Of a DNA stretch of 64,000 bases, positions 40,077 through 48,553 are shown one piece after another; position 1 is the stretch's first letter, and the number at the start of each line of letters is the position of its first letter. Both the position numbers and the translations under genes were made by a program. The notes under the pieces were generated by a model. That model did not search any database and was not told the DNA's origin. It saw only the letters and a list, made by a program, of their open reading frames with translations. The DNA is taken from positions 22,991 through 86,990 of the forward strand of contig CALWJA010000055.1 of the NCBI GenBank assembly GCA_944380875.1, read 5' to 3'. Origin of the DNA: an uncultured Clostridia bacterium (GTDB lineage: Bacteria; Bacillota; Clostridia; Oscillospirales; Acutalibacteraceae).

Positions 40077-40556
40077 TTATTTCTTCCGATATACGAAAAC
40101 AGGCGTTTCTCCGCCGTGGGCTCTTCCGGAGGCCATGGATACGATCTCGATATCCTGGCTATTTGTGACCACCGTTACTACATGGGTACTGAGCCCCCGG
40201 CTGCGTATAAGCTCCAGATCCGCCTGAGCCACAGGATCCCCGGCTTTCACCCGTTCGCCTTCCTTGACCATGCTTATAAAGCCTTCTCCATTGAGTCCTA
40301 CCGTATCGATACCTATATGGACAAGCACTTCCAATCCGTCATCCCCGGTGATACCATAGGCATGCAGCGTATCGGCCACATTGGAAACCGTTCCGCTCAA
40401 AGGGGAGAGGATGCGTCCTTTTTCCGGAAGAAGGGCTATGCCTTCTCCTAAAATTTTTTGGGAGAAAACCTGGTCCGGTACTTTTTCTATTGGGACGATT
40501 TCTCCATCCTGAACGGCATAAAGGGCATTTTCCTTTTTCTTTCCGAATCCAAACAT
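40077..40556 (-). CDS. crr: PTS glucose-family EIIA component (Crr-like)
   Basis: About 160 aa. 'VLVHIGIDTVGLNGEGF' phosphorylation-site region of EIIA-Glc. Start at MFGFGKKKEN after AAGGAGG RBS (the track ORF is extended upstream). Confidence 0.8.
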   Translation of the reverse strand: MFGFGKKKENALYAVQDGEIVPIEKVPDQVFSQKILGEGIALLPEKGRILSPLSGTVSNVADTLHAYGITGDDGLEVLVHIGIDTVGLNGEGFISMVKEGERVKAGDPVAQADLELIRSRGLSTHVVTVVTNSQDIEIVSMASGRAHGGETPVFVYRKK

Positions 40557-40657
40557 ATCTATAACCTCCTTGAGGTGAAATGTTTTAGGCGGCAGAACAA
40601 GCCTTTCTATCTGTATAGTATAGACTGGCATGGCCCGGTTATGCTTCCATCTTCAAC

Positions 40658-40705
40658 AAAAAGCATAAACAGGTATGGAGATTTCCTCCGGCCTGTTTAT
40701 GCTTT
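40658..40705 (-). terminator. Rho-independent terminator after VanY-like gene
   Basis: Hairpin 'aaagcataaacagg...cctgtttatgcttt' followed by a T-run on the minus strand. Confidence 0.5.
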
Positions 40706-40748
40706 TATAGTAAATTTATAGTATACGAAACGAAAGGTATACGTGGTT

Positions 40749-41732
40749 TTAAGCCTGAATTTCCCTTTCAAGGGTTACAATAAAGCCATCTACATTATCC
40801 CCGGAAACCAGATAGGAGTCCGCTTCCCCGATAGGGACTTCCGGGCCTTTGACGTAGTAGATTTCGTATTCTTTTCCACCGTATTCAAAGAATAGATGTT
40901 CACCATCTGCGGGATAATCCCGCAAATATTGTATATATTCCTCAAGACAAAAATTGTTTTTTTCCATAATTAATGAGTGCGGAACACCCACATACCGAAA
41001 ATGCCACGGTTCATACTGGATCCCGGTAAATTCTGCTTTCTCAGATTCATACCGGACGATATATCCATATTCCGGGGCGTGATCGTTGACCCATTGATAG
41101 ATCCCTGTGCCTGTATAGGAATCGGAGGTACCATCCTCATGGAGGAGATTGAAATCCAGGGCGTATCCGGTGTGATGCTCGCTGTATCCGGGCGTTGCCA
41201 CCCAAGTGGAGGCTTCCTGTGCCCCTTTTTCTTCTTCTTCCCGGCTGAGGAGGGTTTCCTGATAATCAAAGGTTCTGTAACCGCTGCATACCAGGATGTC
41301 GTTTGGACCTTCAGCTTTTTCAAAGTCCTCCAGCATATCATTCAGGGCTAAAATTGCCGGTTTTCGCAGAGCTGTATTTTTATCGGAGACCATATAGGAA
41401 GAATTCTTATAGTTGTAAATGGAAAGCATTTCCAGCCCGGAAGACTCTTTGCAGGGGAATTTTTGATTCACCAAAATCAAGGCTCCTCCATGGATATCCT
41501 CTTCCGTATACGTTTTTATTTCTGCCCATTTCTGTATGTCACCTTGGGCGGAAACAGCGGAATTTTCTTTCTCCTGGCTGTTGGAAGAAGAACTGGAAAC
41601 AGCCTTTTCATCTTCCGACATGGAACGGAAAGCCAAATAGGAAGCTCCCAAAATCAGAAGCATGGAAAAAAGTCCTGCGAATGTCCGGAGAAGATTTCTT
41701 CTGTTTTGGCGTTTTTTTCTTTTCTGCTGCAA
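40749..41732 (-). CDS. VanY-type D-alanyl-D-alanine carboxypeptidase (peptidase M15B), membrane-anchored
   Basis: 327 aa. N-terminal TM helix and a Ser-rich linker. Zn-binding 'SGYRTFDYQETL', 'SEHHTGYALD' and 'EPWHFRY' motifs of VanY/M15. Confidence 0.75.
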   Translation of the reverse strand: MQQKRKKRQNRRNLLRTFAGLFSMLLILGASYLAFRSMSEDEKAVSSSSSNSQEKENSAVSAQGDIQKWAEIKTYTEEDIHGGALILVNQKFPCKESSGLEMLSIYNYKNSSYMVSDKNTALRKPAILALNDMLEDFEKAEGPNDILVCSGYRTFDYQETLLSREEEEKGAQEASTWVATPGYSEHHTGYALDFNLLHEDGTSDSYTGTGIYQWVNDHAPEYGYIVRYESEKAEFTGIQYEPWHFRYVGVPHSLIMEKNNFCLEEYIQYLRDYPADGEHLFFEYGGKEYEIYYVKGPEVPIGEADSYLVSGDNVDGFIVTLEREIQA

Positions 41733-41775
41733 TGCATTCCCTCCTAAAGCAGGAAAGCTGTTTAAAAGCTTTCTG

Positions 41776-42822
41776 TCAAATTAATTTTTCATAATGCACT
41801 CTATGGAGTAGTCTATCCATAAAACGTTTATATCCAGGAGAAAAAATAATACTGAATTCTCCGGCATATACGGCGACATGCCCGTTGAATCCCCTTTTGA
41901 AACGATACACTCCATAGTTCGGGTGCGTTTCATCATACCAATGGGGAATTCCCATAAAATCATAGGTATGGCACTTATTTTCCACAGCCCATCGGATCAT
42001 TTCCCACTGCATCAGATAGTTGGGCATAACATCTCTATGCAGGGCAGTGGAGGCTCCGTAAACATAGCATGTCCGACCGCCGTATTGAACGGTTACGGCT
42101 CCTGAAAGAGCCTGCCCGTTATAATAACAAAGATATAAACGGCAATGTTCCCCTAGTTTTTCCAGCATAGAGGCGAAATATTCCTTGGAACGGATTGTAA
42201 ATCCATCCCGCAAGCTGGTTTCTTCTAAAAGACGATAAAAGTCGTCCAAGTGGTCCGGGCCATACACATCGCATATTACCCCTTTCTTTTTGGCAAGACG
42301 AATGTTATATCTCCATTTGCTTTTAAAAGAGGAAAAAATCTCTTCTGCGCTTTTCCCTCGAATCGGAAGAATATAATTATCGCGGCACTGGATGACCTTT
42401 TCATCGGGCATACAGGAAATATGGGAAAAACCGGCCAACTTTAAAATCTCAATAGTTTCCCAGTCGTCTTCTTCCACCAGAGGACACGCTTTAAAAAGCC
42501 ATGCCCTGTATTTTTTTGCCAGCTTCCAGACGCCGGAGAGCAGATCCCGCAATACTTTTTCGTTTTTCAGATCGCATACCGGGCCCCAGGGAGCATACAG
42601 GAAGGATTTCATAGGAAAGGGAAATTTCTTAATTAATACTAGCACGGTACCAACAAGGGTTCCGTCGAAATTTCGGGAAAGAATGGCCTCATACCGCCAA
42701 CCATATTCCTGTTTCATTTTTCCCCATTCTATAGACTGCATAAAATTGCCCAAAGAGCTTCTTTCCATAAAATTATTATATTCTGCCACAGCTTTTGGAT
42801 CGTCAAAATTAAGAAACTCCAT
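41776..42822 (-). CDS. FemAB-family aminoacyl-tRNA-dependent peptidoglycan/peptide aminoacyltransferase
   Basis: 348 aa. Double GNAT-like FemAB fold pattern ('FMQSIEWGKMKQEYGW', 'YLCYYNGQALSGAVTVQYG') but no coiled-coil insert, so shorter than Staphylococcus FemABX. Confidence 0.65.
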   Translation of the reverse strand: MEFLNFDDPKAVAEYNNFMERSSLGNFMQSIEWGKMKQEYGWRYEAILSRNFDGTLVGTVLVLIKKFPFPMKSFLYAPWGPVCDLKNEKVLRDLLSGVWKLAKKYRAWLFKACPLVEEDDWETIEILKLAGFSHISCMPDEKVIQCRDNYILPIRGKSAEEIFSSFKSKWRYNIRLAKKKGVICDVYGPDHLDDFYRLLEETSLRDGFTIRSKEYFASMLEKLGEHCRLYLCYYNGQALSGAVTVQYGGRTCYVYGASTALHRDVMPNYLMQWEMIRWAVENKCHTYDFMGIPHWYDETHPNYGVYRFKRGFNGHVAVYAGEFSIIFSPGYKRFMDRLLHRVHYEKLI

Positions 42823-43021
42823 AATTGATTGAACCTCCGTTGTTTTACAATCTAAAAAATACGGGAAAAACCGTATTTTGCATATTTCTTATTAAAGTAA
42901 ACAACAACTCAAACCAGCAAGTATCCTGAAAAATGCAAAAAAAATGCAAAAACCACCCGGTTGGATGGCTTTTGCATATGCTTTATGCAGTATAAAATTG
43001 TAAAAACAAGGATCTAATGGG

Positions 43022-43978
43022 TTATTCCCCAGCGGAGAAACCAATAAAACTAGATTCCGTTGGATCATAAAATAGAATCAAGGATTGGGGGCGGTATCCG
43101 AAATTTAAATATACTTCCGGATAGGAAAACACAACCAGTATTTCTTCCCGGTAAGCCAGAATATCCTTTTGAGAATTTAACAGGCTGCCAAGATTATATA
43201 AATTTAATTGAATGGGATTTTGATACATAAAAAGCGCCAAAGGATTGTTCTCCACCGCTTTTGGGAGATATTCGTTCCAAAAATTGTATTCGGCGTATTC
43301 GTCATATTCTCCCATAGAGTATCCGTATTCCAGGCCTTCCGCTTGATAGGTTTCCATTAAAGACTGCACTTCGTCAAAACAGGAATTTACATAGGAAGCA
43401 GCAGATCGCAGCTTCTCCGAAGAGAGGCGGGCAAGATCCTTTTCCGGAGTATCCCGGCAGGTAAAATATCGAAGCTGCTCGGAATCCTGGGCTGCAGCTT
43501 TGATATAATACTCTATTTCTTCCGTATGGATTTTGGTTTCAGGAAGATAGTAAATGTATCCATCATCGGTGGTTTGCACCAAGAGGTTTTCATAAATCAC
43601 CTGAGTCACATCTTCCCAGCCGGGGAGAGAATACGGATCGGCACCATTTGAATTTCTCGTTTTCTGCCTAGTAGAAAGAGAGGAATAGAAAGTGTTTGCC
43701 AGAGACTCGTGGACAAAGGCATCGTATTTTCCTTCCTCTTTGAGACAATCGCTGTATTTCCGGCAGGAAGAGGGGATGTATCGATCCCAAGGATAAAATA
43801 TGATGGGTTCTTCACCGTCAATCAGTAAAAGCGGATTGTCTTTCTGTTTTTGGTTTGCTTCCGTAATGGTTCCTTTATAGGAGGGGATCGCTTCCCGCAG
43901 GGCATAACCTCCCCAGATTCCGCCTGTCAGGATACAGGCTGCCAAGAAAAGGGGAAGTATGCGCTTAATATGTTTCAT
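43022..43978 (-). CDS. Hypothetical membrane-anchored/secreted protein, translationally coupled to the sensor kinase
   Basis: 318 aa. N-terminal TM/signal anchor. No known motifs. Tyr/Glu-rich. Start overlaps the histidine-kinase stop by 14 nt. Confidence 0.5.
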   Translation of the reverse strand: MKHIKRILPLFLAACILTGGIWGGYALREAIPSYKGTITEANQKQKDNPLLLIDGEEPIIFYPWDRYIPSSCRKYSDCLKEEGKYDAFVHESLANTFYSSLSTRQKTRNSNGADPYSLPGWEDVTQVIYENLLVQTTDDGYIYYLPETKIHTEEIEYYIKAAAQDSEQLRYFTCRDTPEKDLARLSSEKLRSAASYVNSCFDEVQSLMETYQAEGLEYGYSMGEYDEYAEYNFWNEYLPKAVENNPLALFMYQNPIQLNLYNLGSLLNSQKDILAYREEILVVFSYPEVYLNFGYRPQSLILFYDPTESSFIGFSAGE

Positions 43979-45413
43979 CTGTCAAGTCGCCTCCTTCCGG
44001 CAGCAGGACTGTAACCTTCGTTCCTTTTCCCGGGGCGCTTTCTATGGAAAGACTGCCTCCGTGGCATTTTACAATTTCCAGGCAGAGGGAAAGCCCCAGC
44101 CCGGCGCCCCCCGCTTTTCGGGAACGGGATTTATCCGCCATATAAAAAGGCTCCGTGGCTTTTCGGATGTCCTCTTCTGACATACCCATGCCCTGATCTT
44201 CTACGGTAAATGCAAGCATATTTTCCCCATGTTTTTTGCATTCCAGCCGAATCTCCTGCCCGGGTGAGGAAGCTTTTACCGCATTATCCAGAAGATTATA
44301 TAAAAGGGATTTCAGCAATTCCCGGTCTGCTAAAAGGGAAAAATCGCCGGCGGATACAAGCAGGCGAATCCCCGATTTTTCAAAGATCGGCCGAAAAGAT
44401 GTCTCAATTTCTTCAAAGAGGGCGGAAGGATGTATCTGTGTTTTTTCCAGATGTGTGCTTCCCGCGGTTATCAGTTCCATAAGCTTGCCGGAAAGATTTT
44501 TCAGCCGTTTGGTTTCTTCCACGATTATACTGGCGTATTCCCTGCGTTCTTCTTCCGGCAGAATCCTTTTTACACGCAGGATATCCGCGAATCCTAAAAT
44601 GGAAGTAAGGGGTGTTTTCATTTCATGGGCAAGGTTGTCGATAAACCGCTTCCGTTCCTCTGCGGCGGAGCGAAGCTGCTCTACATTTTCCTCAATGGAA
44701 GAAGCCATCCGGTTGATGTTTCCGGATAGTTCCCGTATTTCCGGGCTGCCTTTTATGGGAAGGCGCATGGAGTAATTCCCCCGGGCAATGGAACGCAGGG
44801 AAAAATTCACCTTGTGAAGAGGACGAAGAAGGCCCCAGGCAACAGCTAACAGCACAACCGCCCCTATCCCTGCAAAAACAAAGCTCATGGTTTGGGCAAA
44901 AGAGCTTTGCCGGTCCAGAAGGACATATACGTCGGATATATCTTTTGTGGTATACAGATAATACACACTGTCCTCCAGATTGATAGGGGAGCCGGCTAAT
45001 ACATATGTCCGGCCGTTATATTCCTCAATTTTCAAAAGGCAGTTTTCCTGCTGCCGGACAATTTCCCGAAAATCCGCGTCTTTTTCTGCCGGAATACAGT
45101 TTGCAGAGCCCAGAAGAATATCTTCGTCCGTGTATACGGCAGAGCCTCCGCCCTCTGCTTTGGAGTCGATTTGATCCAAAAGAATTTTTTGGACTCCTTC
45201 GGCACCAAGAAGGACTTTTTCGCTTTTCAGGCGTTCATATACCACTTTATTGGAAATAGCGGCGGAAAGATACTGGTGCTCTGTAGCAGCCTGGTTTCGT
45301 TCCCGTTCCACCATATTCCGGTGCACTTCAGAAAGGATGAAAAAAGCAGTGGTATCCACGGCGGCAATCATAAGGGCCAGGGTATATAGAAAAATTTTCT
45401 GCCAAAGTTTCAT
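43965..45413 (-). CDS. Sensor histidine kinase (two TM helices, HAMP, HisKA, HATPase_c)
   Basis: 482 aa. Periplasmic loop of about 140 aa, H-box 'LAHEMKTPLTS', and N/G1/G2 boxes ('LLDNAVKAS', 'DQGMGM', 'GGAGLGLSL'). Confidence 0.85.
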   Translation of the reverse strand: MKLWQKIFLYTLALMIAAVDTTAFFILSEVHRNMVERERNQAATEHQYLSAAISNKVVYERLKSEKVLLGAEGVQKILLDQIDSKAEGGGSAVYTDEDILLGSANCIPAEKDADFREIVRQQENCLLKIEEYNGRTYVLAGSPINLEDSVYYLYTTKDISDVYVLLDRQSSFAQTMSFVFAGIGAVVLLAVAWGLLRPLHKVNFSLRSIARGNYSMRLPIKGSPEIRELSGNINRMASSIEENVEQLRSAAEERKRFIDNLAHEMKTPLTSILGFADILRVKRILPEEERREYASIIVEETKRLKNLSGKLMELITAGSTHLEKTQIHPSALFEEIETSFRPIFEKSGIRLLVSAGDFSLLADRELLKSLLYNLLDNAVKASSPGQEIRLECKKHGENMLAFTVEDQGMGMSEEDIRKATEPFYMADKSRSRKAGGAGLGLSLCLEIVKCHGGSLSIESAPGKGTKVTVLLPEGGDLTDETY

Positions 45414-46073
45414 TTATCTCCCGCTTTCCAGCCGGTATCCCAGCTTTGGAATGGTAATCAGCCGGTTTTGCAGCCCCATCTTTTTGCGCACTTGCTGCAC
45501 ATGGGTATCCACTGTGCGGCTTTCTCCCTGAAATGCATAGCCCCATACACTGGAGAGCAAGCGCTCTCTTGTGAGGGCGATATCCACATTTTGCAGAAAT
45601 AAGGCCAAAACGTCAAATTCCTTTGGGGTGAGTGCAACAGCCTGCCCATTTTTCAGCGCCAGGTGTTTCTCCATATCCACGGTAATTTCTTCATACTGCA
45701 AAAGATTTCTTCCCTTGTGGCTTCTGCGCAGCACCACTTCTATCCGGGCCAGAAGCTCCACCGCCTCAAAGGGCTTAACGATATAGTCTTCCGCCCCCAG
45801 GCGCAGACCGCGGACTTTATCGGCCACATCCTGCTTTGCGGTAAGAAAGATAACCGGAATATCTTTTTCCCGTATTCTTTCCAGAACCTGGAATCCGTCT
45901 AATCCGGGAAGCATAATATCCAGCAGTATCAGATCAAAGTGGCCGGAAAGAACTGTCTCCACGGCTTCTCCGCCATCGGAACAGATTTGGTAGTCGTATC
46001 CCACAATGGAAAGGGAAGCGGCAATCATGCGGGCTATATTGCTGTCATCCTCCACAATTAAAATCCGTGTCAT
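45414..46073 (-). CDS. OmpR-family response regulator (VanR/PhoB-like)
   Basis: 219 aa. Receiver ('ILIVEDD...DLILLDIMLPGLDG...KPF') and winged-helix trans-reg C domain. The stop abuts the start of the kinase. The track ORF 45414..46889 is an upstream run-on; the true start is ATG at about 46073 (MTRILIVEDD). Confidence 0.85.
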   Translation of the reverse strand: MTRILIVEDDSNIARMIAASLSIVGYDYQICSDGGEAVETVLSGHFDLILLDIMLPGLDGFQVLERIREKDIPVIFLTAKQDVADKVRGLRLGAEDYIVKPFEAVELLARIEVVLRRSHKGRNLLQYEEITVDMEKHLALKNGQAVALTPKEFDVLALFLQNVDIALTRERLLSSVWGYAFQGESRTVDTHVQQVRKKMGLQNRLITIPKLGYRLESGR

Positions 46074-46448
46074 GGCCGATTTTCCTTTCTGCCGGCCACC
46101 ATGAAACCTAAGCCGGCGGTTCCTGTTTTTTGCATATGTGCATTTACTAAGTATTGTACGTTTGGGAAAAGGGAAAGTCAAGGTGAGCAGGAGGTTCCGA
46201 AAGGAAGGCTTTTTTATGCACAGCTGAGGAAAATGTGGTATACTTTCGTTATTAACCGTGTTTATCTCATCTTGAGAAGGGAAAGTTTTCTGGAATGGTA
46301 TTTTACATTCAGTTTTCCACAGATAGCATACGTATATATGGAAAACTTTTTCAAATGGGATAAGATCCAGAAAAAAAGAAAGATGCGGCGTATGGAGTGA
46401 AAAAATAAACCTGCAATGCGCGTTACATATAGAAAGGGGGACACATTG

Positions 46449-47252
46449 TTGTTGAAATCGGAAAACGGATATGAAAAAAAGGAAAAAGCCTGGATCCCCG
46501 GCATGACGTCCGTTACGTTCCGGGAAAAAACACCTGGCGAAATTATAGCGCTCACGAAAAAAGCCGGTCTCTTGGGAATCGAGTGGGGCGGGGATATTCA
46601 TGTGCCGCCGGGAGACACCGTAACTGCCCGAGAAGTGGGAAGAATGACCAGGGAGGAGGGCATTTCCGTCCTTTCCTATGGTTCCTATTATCATTTGGGT
46701 CGGGGGGAGCCTGCCGAAAGTGTTTTGGAGACCGCTTTGGAGTTGGGCGCGCCCAATGTAAGGCTGTGGGCAGGAGATTTTTCCCCAGAAGCGGCGGATG
46801 AAACCTATTGGAGGAAGGTCGTTTCCGATTTGCGGGAATTTTGCCGGAAGGCGGAAGCTATGGGGCTTTCTGTCAGCACCGAATACCATCGGGGCACCCT
46901 AACGGAAACAGGGAAAGGCGCTCTGCGTCTTATGAAAGAAGCCGGCTGCGGGAATCTGTTCACTTACTGGCAGCCAAACCCGGATATTACCCATGAAGAA
47001 AATCTCCGGGAACTTTCGCAGGTGTCTCCGTATCTTTCCAGCATACATGTTTTCCGGTGGAAAGGGGCAAATGTGCGGTATCCTTTGGAAGACGGCGCCG
47101 GGGAGTGGTCGGAATATATCCGCAGCAGCTCAAAGGCCCCCTGGGGAGCCTGTATACTGGAATTTGTGAAGGACGACAGCCCCGAGCAGTTTCTTCAAGA
47201 CGCCCGATGCCTGTTGCAGCTTCTGCAGGGACGGAAAACCTGCCAAGAATAA
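46449..47252 (+). CDS. Sugar phosphate isomerase/epimerase (xylose-isomerase-like TIM barrel)
   Basis: 'AP endonuclease 2/xylose isomerase-like' pattern ('LGIEWGGD...LGAPNVRLWAG...EYHRGT'). Start uncertain: TTG after AAAGGGGGA RBS is preferred over the upstream ATG at 46416. Confidence 0.55.
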   Translation: MLKSENGYEKKEKAWIPGMTSVTFREKTPGEIIALTKKAGLLGIEWGGDIHVPPGDTVTAREVGRMTREEGISVLSYGSYYHLGRGEPAESVLETALELGAPNVRLWAGDFSPEAADETYWRKVVSDLREFCRKAEAMGLSVSTEYHRGTLTETGKGALRLMKEAGCGNLFTYWQPNPDITHEENLRELSQVSPYLSSIHVFRWKGANVRYPLEDGAGEWSEYIRSSSKAPWGACILEFVKDDSPEQFLQDARCLLQLLQGRKTCQE

Positions 47253-47276
47253 CTGGGAAAGGATAGAGAAGAGATC

Positions 47277-48251
47277 ATGCTAAATATAGAAAAACAGCCG
47301 GTTAAGCTTATGCCTGCCTGCAAGGAGGCCATATGGGGAGGGCATAGGCTGAAAAAGGAATACGGAAAGGAATCGGAGCTATCCGTGATAGCGGAAACCT
47401 GGGAAGTTTCCTGTCATCCCCAGGGAGAATCCATTGTGGCTTCAGGACCCCGGAAAGGGATATCGCTGCGCGAATACCTTCGCCTGCTGGGGCTGGATTC
47501 CGCTGGAAAGGGCCTGGAGGGAAAGGAATTTCCCATTCTTGTGAAGCTTATTGATGCGGCAGACCGGCTTTCGGTGCAGGTGCATCCCGATGACGCATAT
47601 GCCCGCAGGGTAGAAGGGCAGTTCGGAAAGAACGAAATGTGGTATGTGGTGGATTGTGAACCGGGAGCTACGCTTCTTTTGGGGCTTCGGGAATCCTGCA
47701 CCCGAGAAGAATTGGAAAAAGCTATCCGGGAAAACACTCTGGTGGATCGGATGCGGGCGGTTCCTGTGCAGAAAGGAGACGTATATTTTATCCCGGCGGG
47801 AACCCTCCACGCTATCGGAAAGGGCATTTTGGTAGCGGAAATTCAGCAAAGCTCAGACGTAACCTATCGGGTTTACGATTACGGGCGCCTGGGGCAGGAT
47901 GGAAAACCCAGACAGCTCCATGTGGAGAAAGCTCTTGATGTTGCAGATACAGAGGCCCGGCCGGTGAGCGGAAAAGCGGAGGGGGCTTCCAGAAAAATTC
48001 CGGGAGGCACAGTAACCCGTCTGAAGACAAGCCCCTGGTTTACAGTGGATAAGCTGGATCTCGTAGGGGAGATGAAAGCGGTTTGCGGGCCGGAAACCTT
48101 TGAAGCGTTCCTTTGCCTCTCCGGTTCCGGGGAACTTTCCGGGGCGGGGGAAACCCTTGCTATGAAAAAAGGCGAGACGGTTTTTCTTCCGGCTTCCATA
48201 GGGGAATATTGTCTTTCCGGCCAGGGTGAATTCCTTCAGATATACATATAA
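47277..48251 (+). CDS. manA: Mannose-6-phosphate isomerase, class I (cupin)
   Basis: 324 aa. 'KEAIWGGHRLKKEYG', 'LSVQVHPDD' and 'GDVYFIPAGTLHAIG' His/Glu metal-ligand motifs of type I PMI. Confidence 0.75.
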   Translation: MLNIEKQPVKLMPACKEAIWGGHRLKKEYGKESELSVIAETWEVSCHPQGESIVASGPRKGISLREYLRLLGLDSAGKGLEGKEFPILVKLIDAADRLSVQVHPDDAYARRVEGQFGKNEMWYVVDCEPGATLLLGLRESCTREELEKAIRENTLVDRMRAVPVQKGDVYFIPAGTLHAIGKGILVAEIQQSSDVTYRVYDYGRLGQDGKPRQLHVEKALDVADTEARPVSGKAEGASRKIPGGTVTRLKTSPWFTVDKLDLVGEMKAVCGPETFEAFLCLSGSGELSGAGETLAMKKGETVFLPASIGEYCLSGQGEFLQIYI

Positions 48252-48328
48252 ATCTGTTTAGGTTACAGGGCATGGATACCCATTCGAACGGAGGGCGGAG
48301 GCTTTCCGGTTTTGAAAATATGGTGTTT

Positions 48329-48365
48329 AAAGCGCACTGCGGAAACGCAGTGCGCTTTTTTGTGT
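48329..48365 (+). terminator. Rho-independent terminator after manA-like gene
   Basis: Hairpin 'aaagcgcactgc-ggaaac-gcagtgcgc' followed by TTTTTTGTG. Confidence 0.6.
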
Positions 48366-48479
48366 AAGATATGTATTTTATGCCATTTCTAGGATGGGTT
48401 TGGCCGATTTTACCCCATAGAACTATAAAGCGTTTTTGCTTAAAATAGCGTAATCTATTCAGGCATAAGCAGATTTTTC

Positions 48480-48508
48480 TTGACAGCCGCCTGGCTGTGA
48501 AATACAAT
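48480..48508 (+). promoter_or_regulatory. Near-consensus sigma-A promoter of the znu operon
   Basis: TTGACA – 17 nt – TACAAT. Confidence 0.45.
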
Positions 48509-48511
48509 ATT

Positions 48512-48532
48512 AAATGCAAATCATTTGCATTT
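48512..48532. promoter_or_regulatory. Perfect 10-1-10 palindrome, candidate Zur/Fur-family operator
   Basis: 'AAATGCAAAT C ATTTGCATTT' lies immediately downstream of the -10 and overlaps the expected transcription start. It resembles Firmicutes Zur boxes (AAATCGTAATnATTACGATTT) with a GC/CG and T/A swap. Confidence 0.45.
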
Positions 48533-48553
48533 AGAAAGCGCAAATAGGATTTT

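Noticed and set aside
42930-42956. Tandem direct repeat 'AAAATGCAAAAA' x2 in the FemAB upstream region; considered as a possible CRISPR or iteron-like repeat.
   Set aside because: Only two short A-rich copies with no spacers. It is low-complexity promoter sequence.
46074-46889. Upstream 272-codon extension of the response-regulator ORF (track ORF 45414..46889, 491 aa).
   Set aside because: The receiver domain begins at MTRILIVEDD (ATG about 46073). The upstream part has no domain and is AT-rich promoter DNA shared with the divergent sugar-isomerase gene, so it is a run-on open frame.
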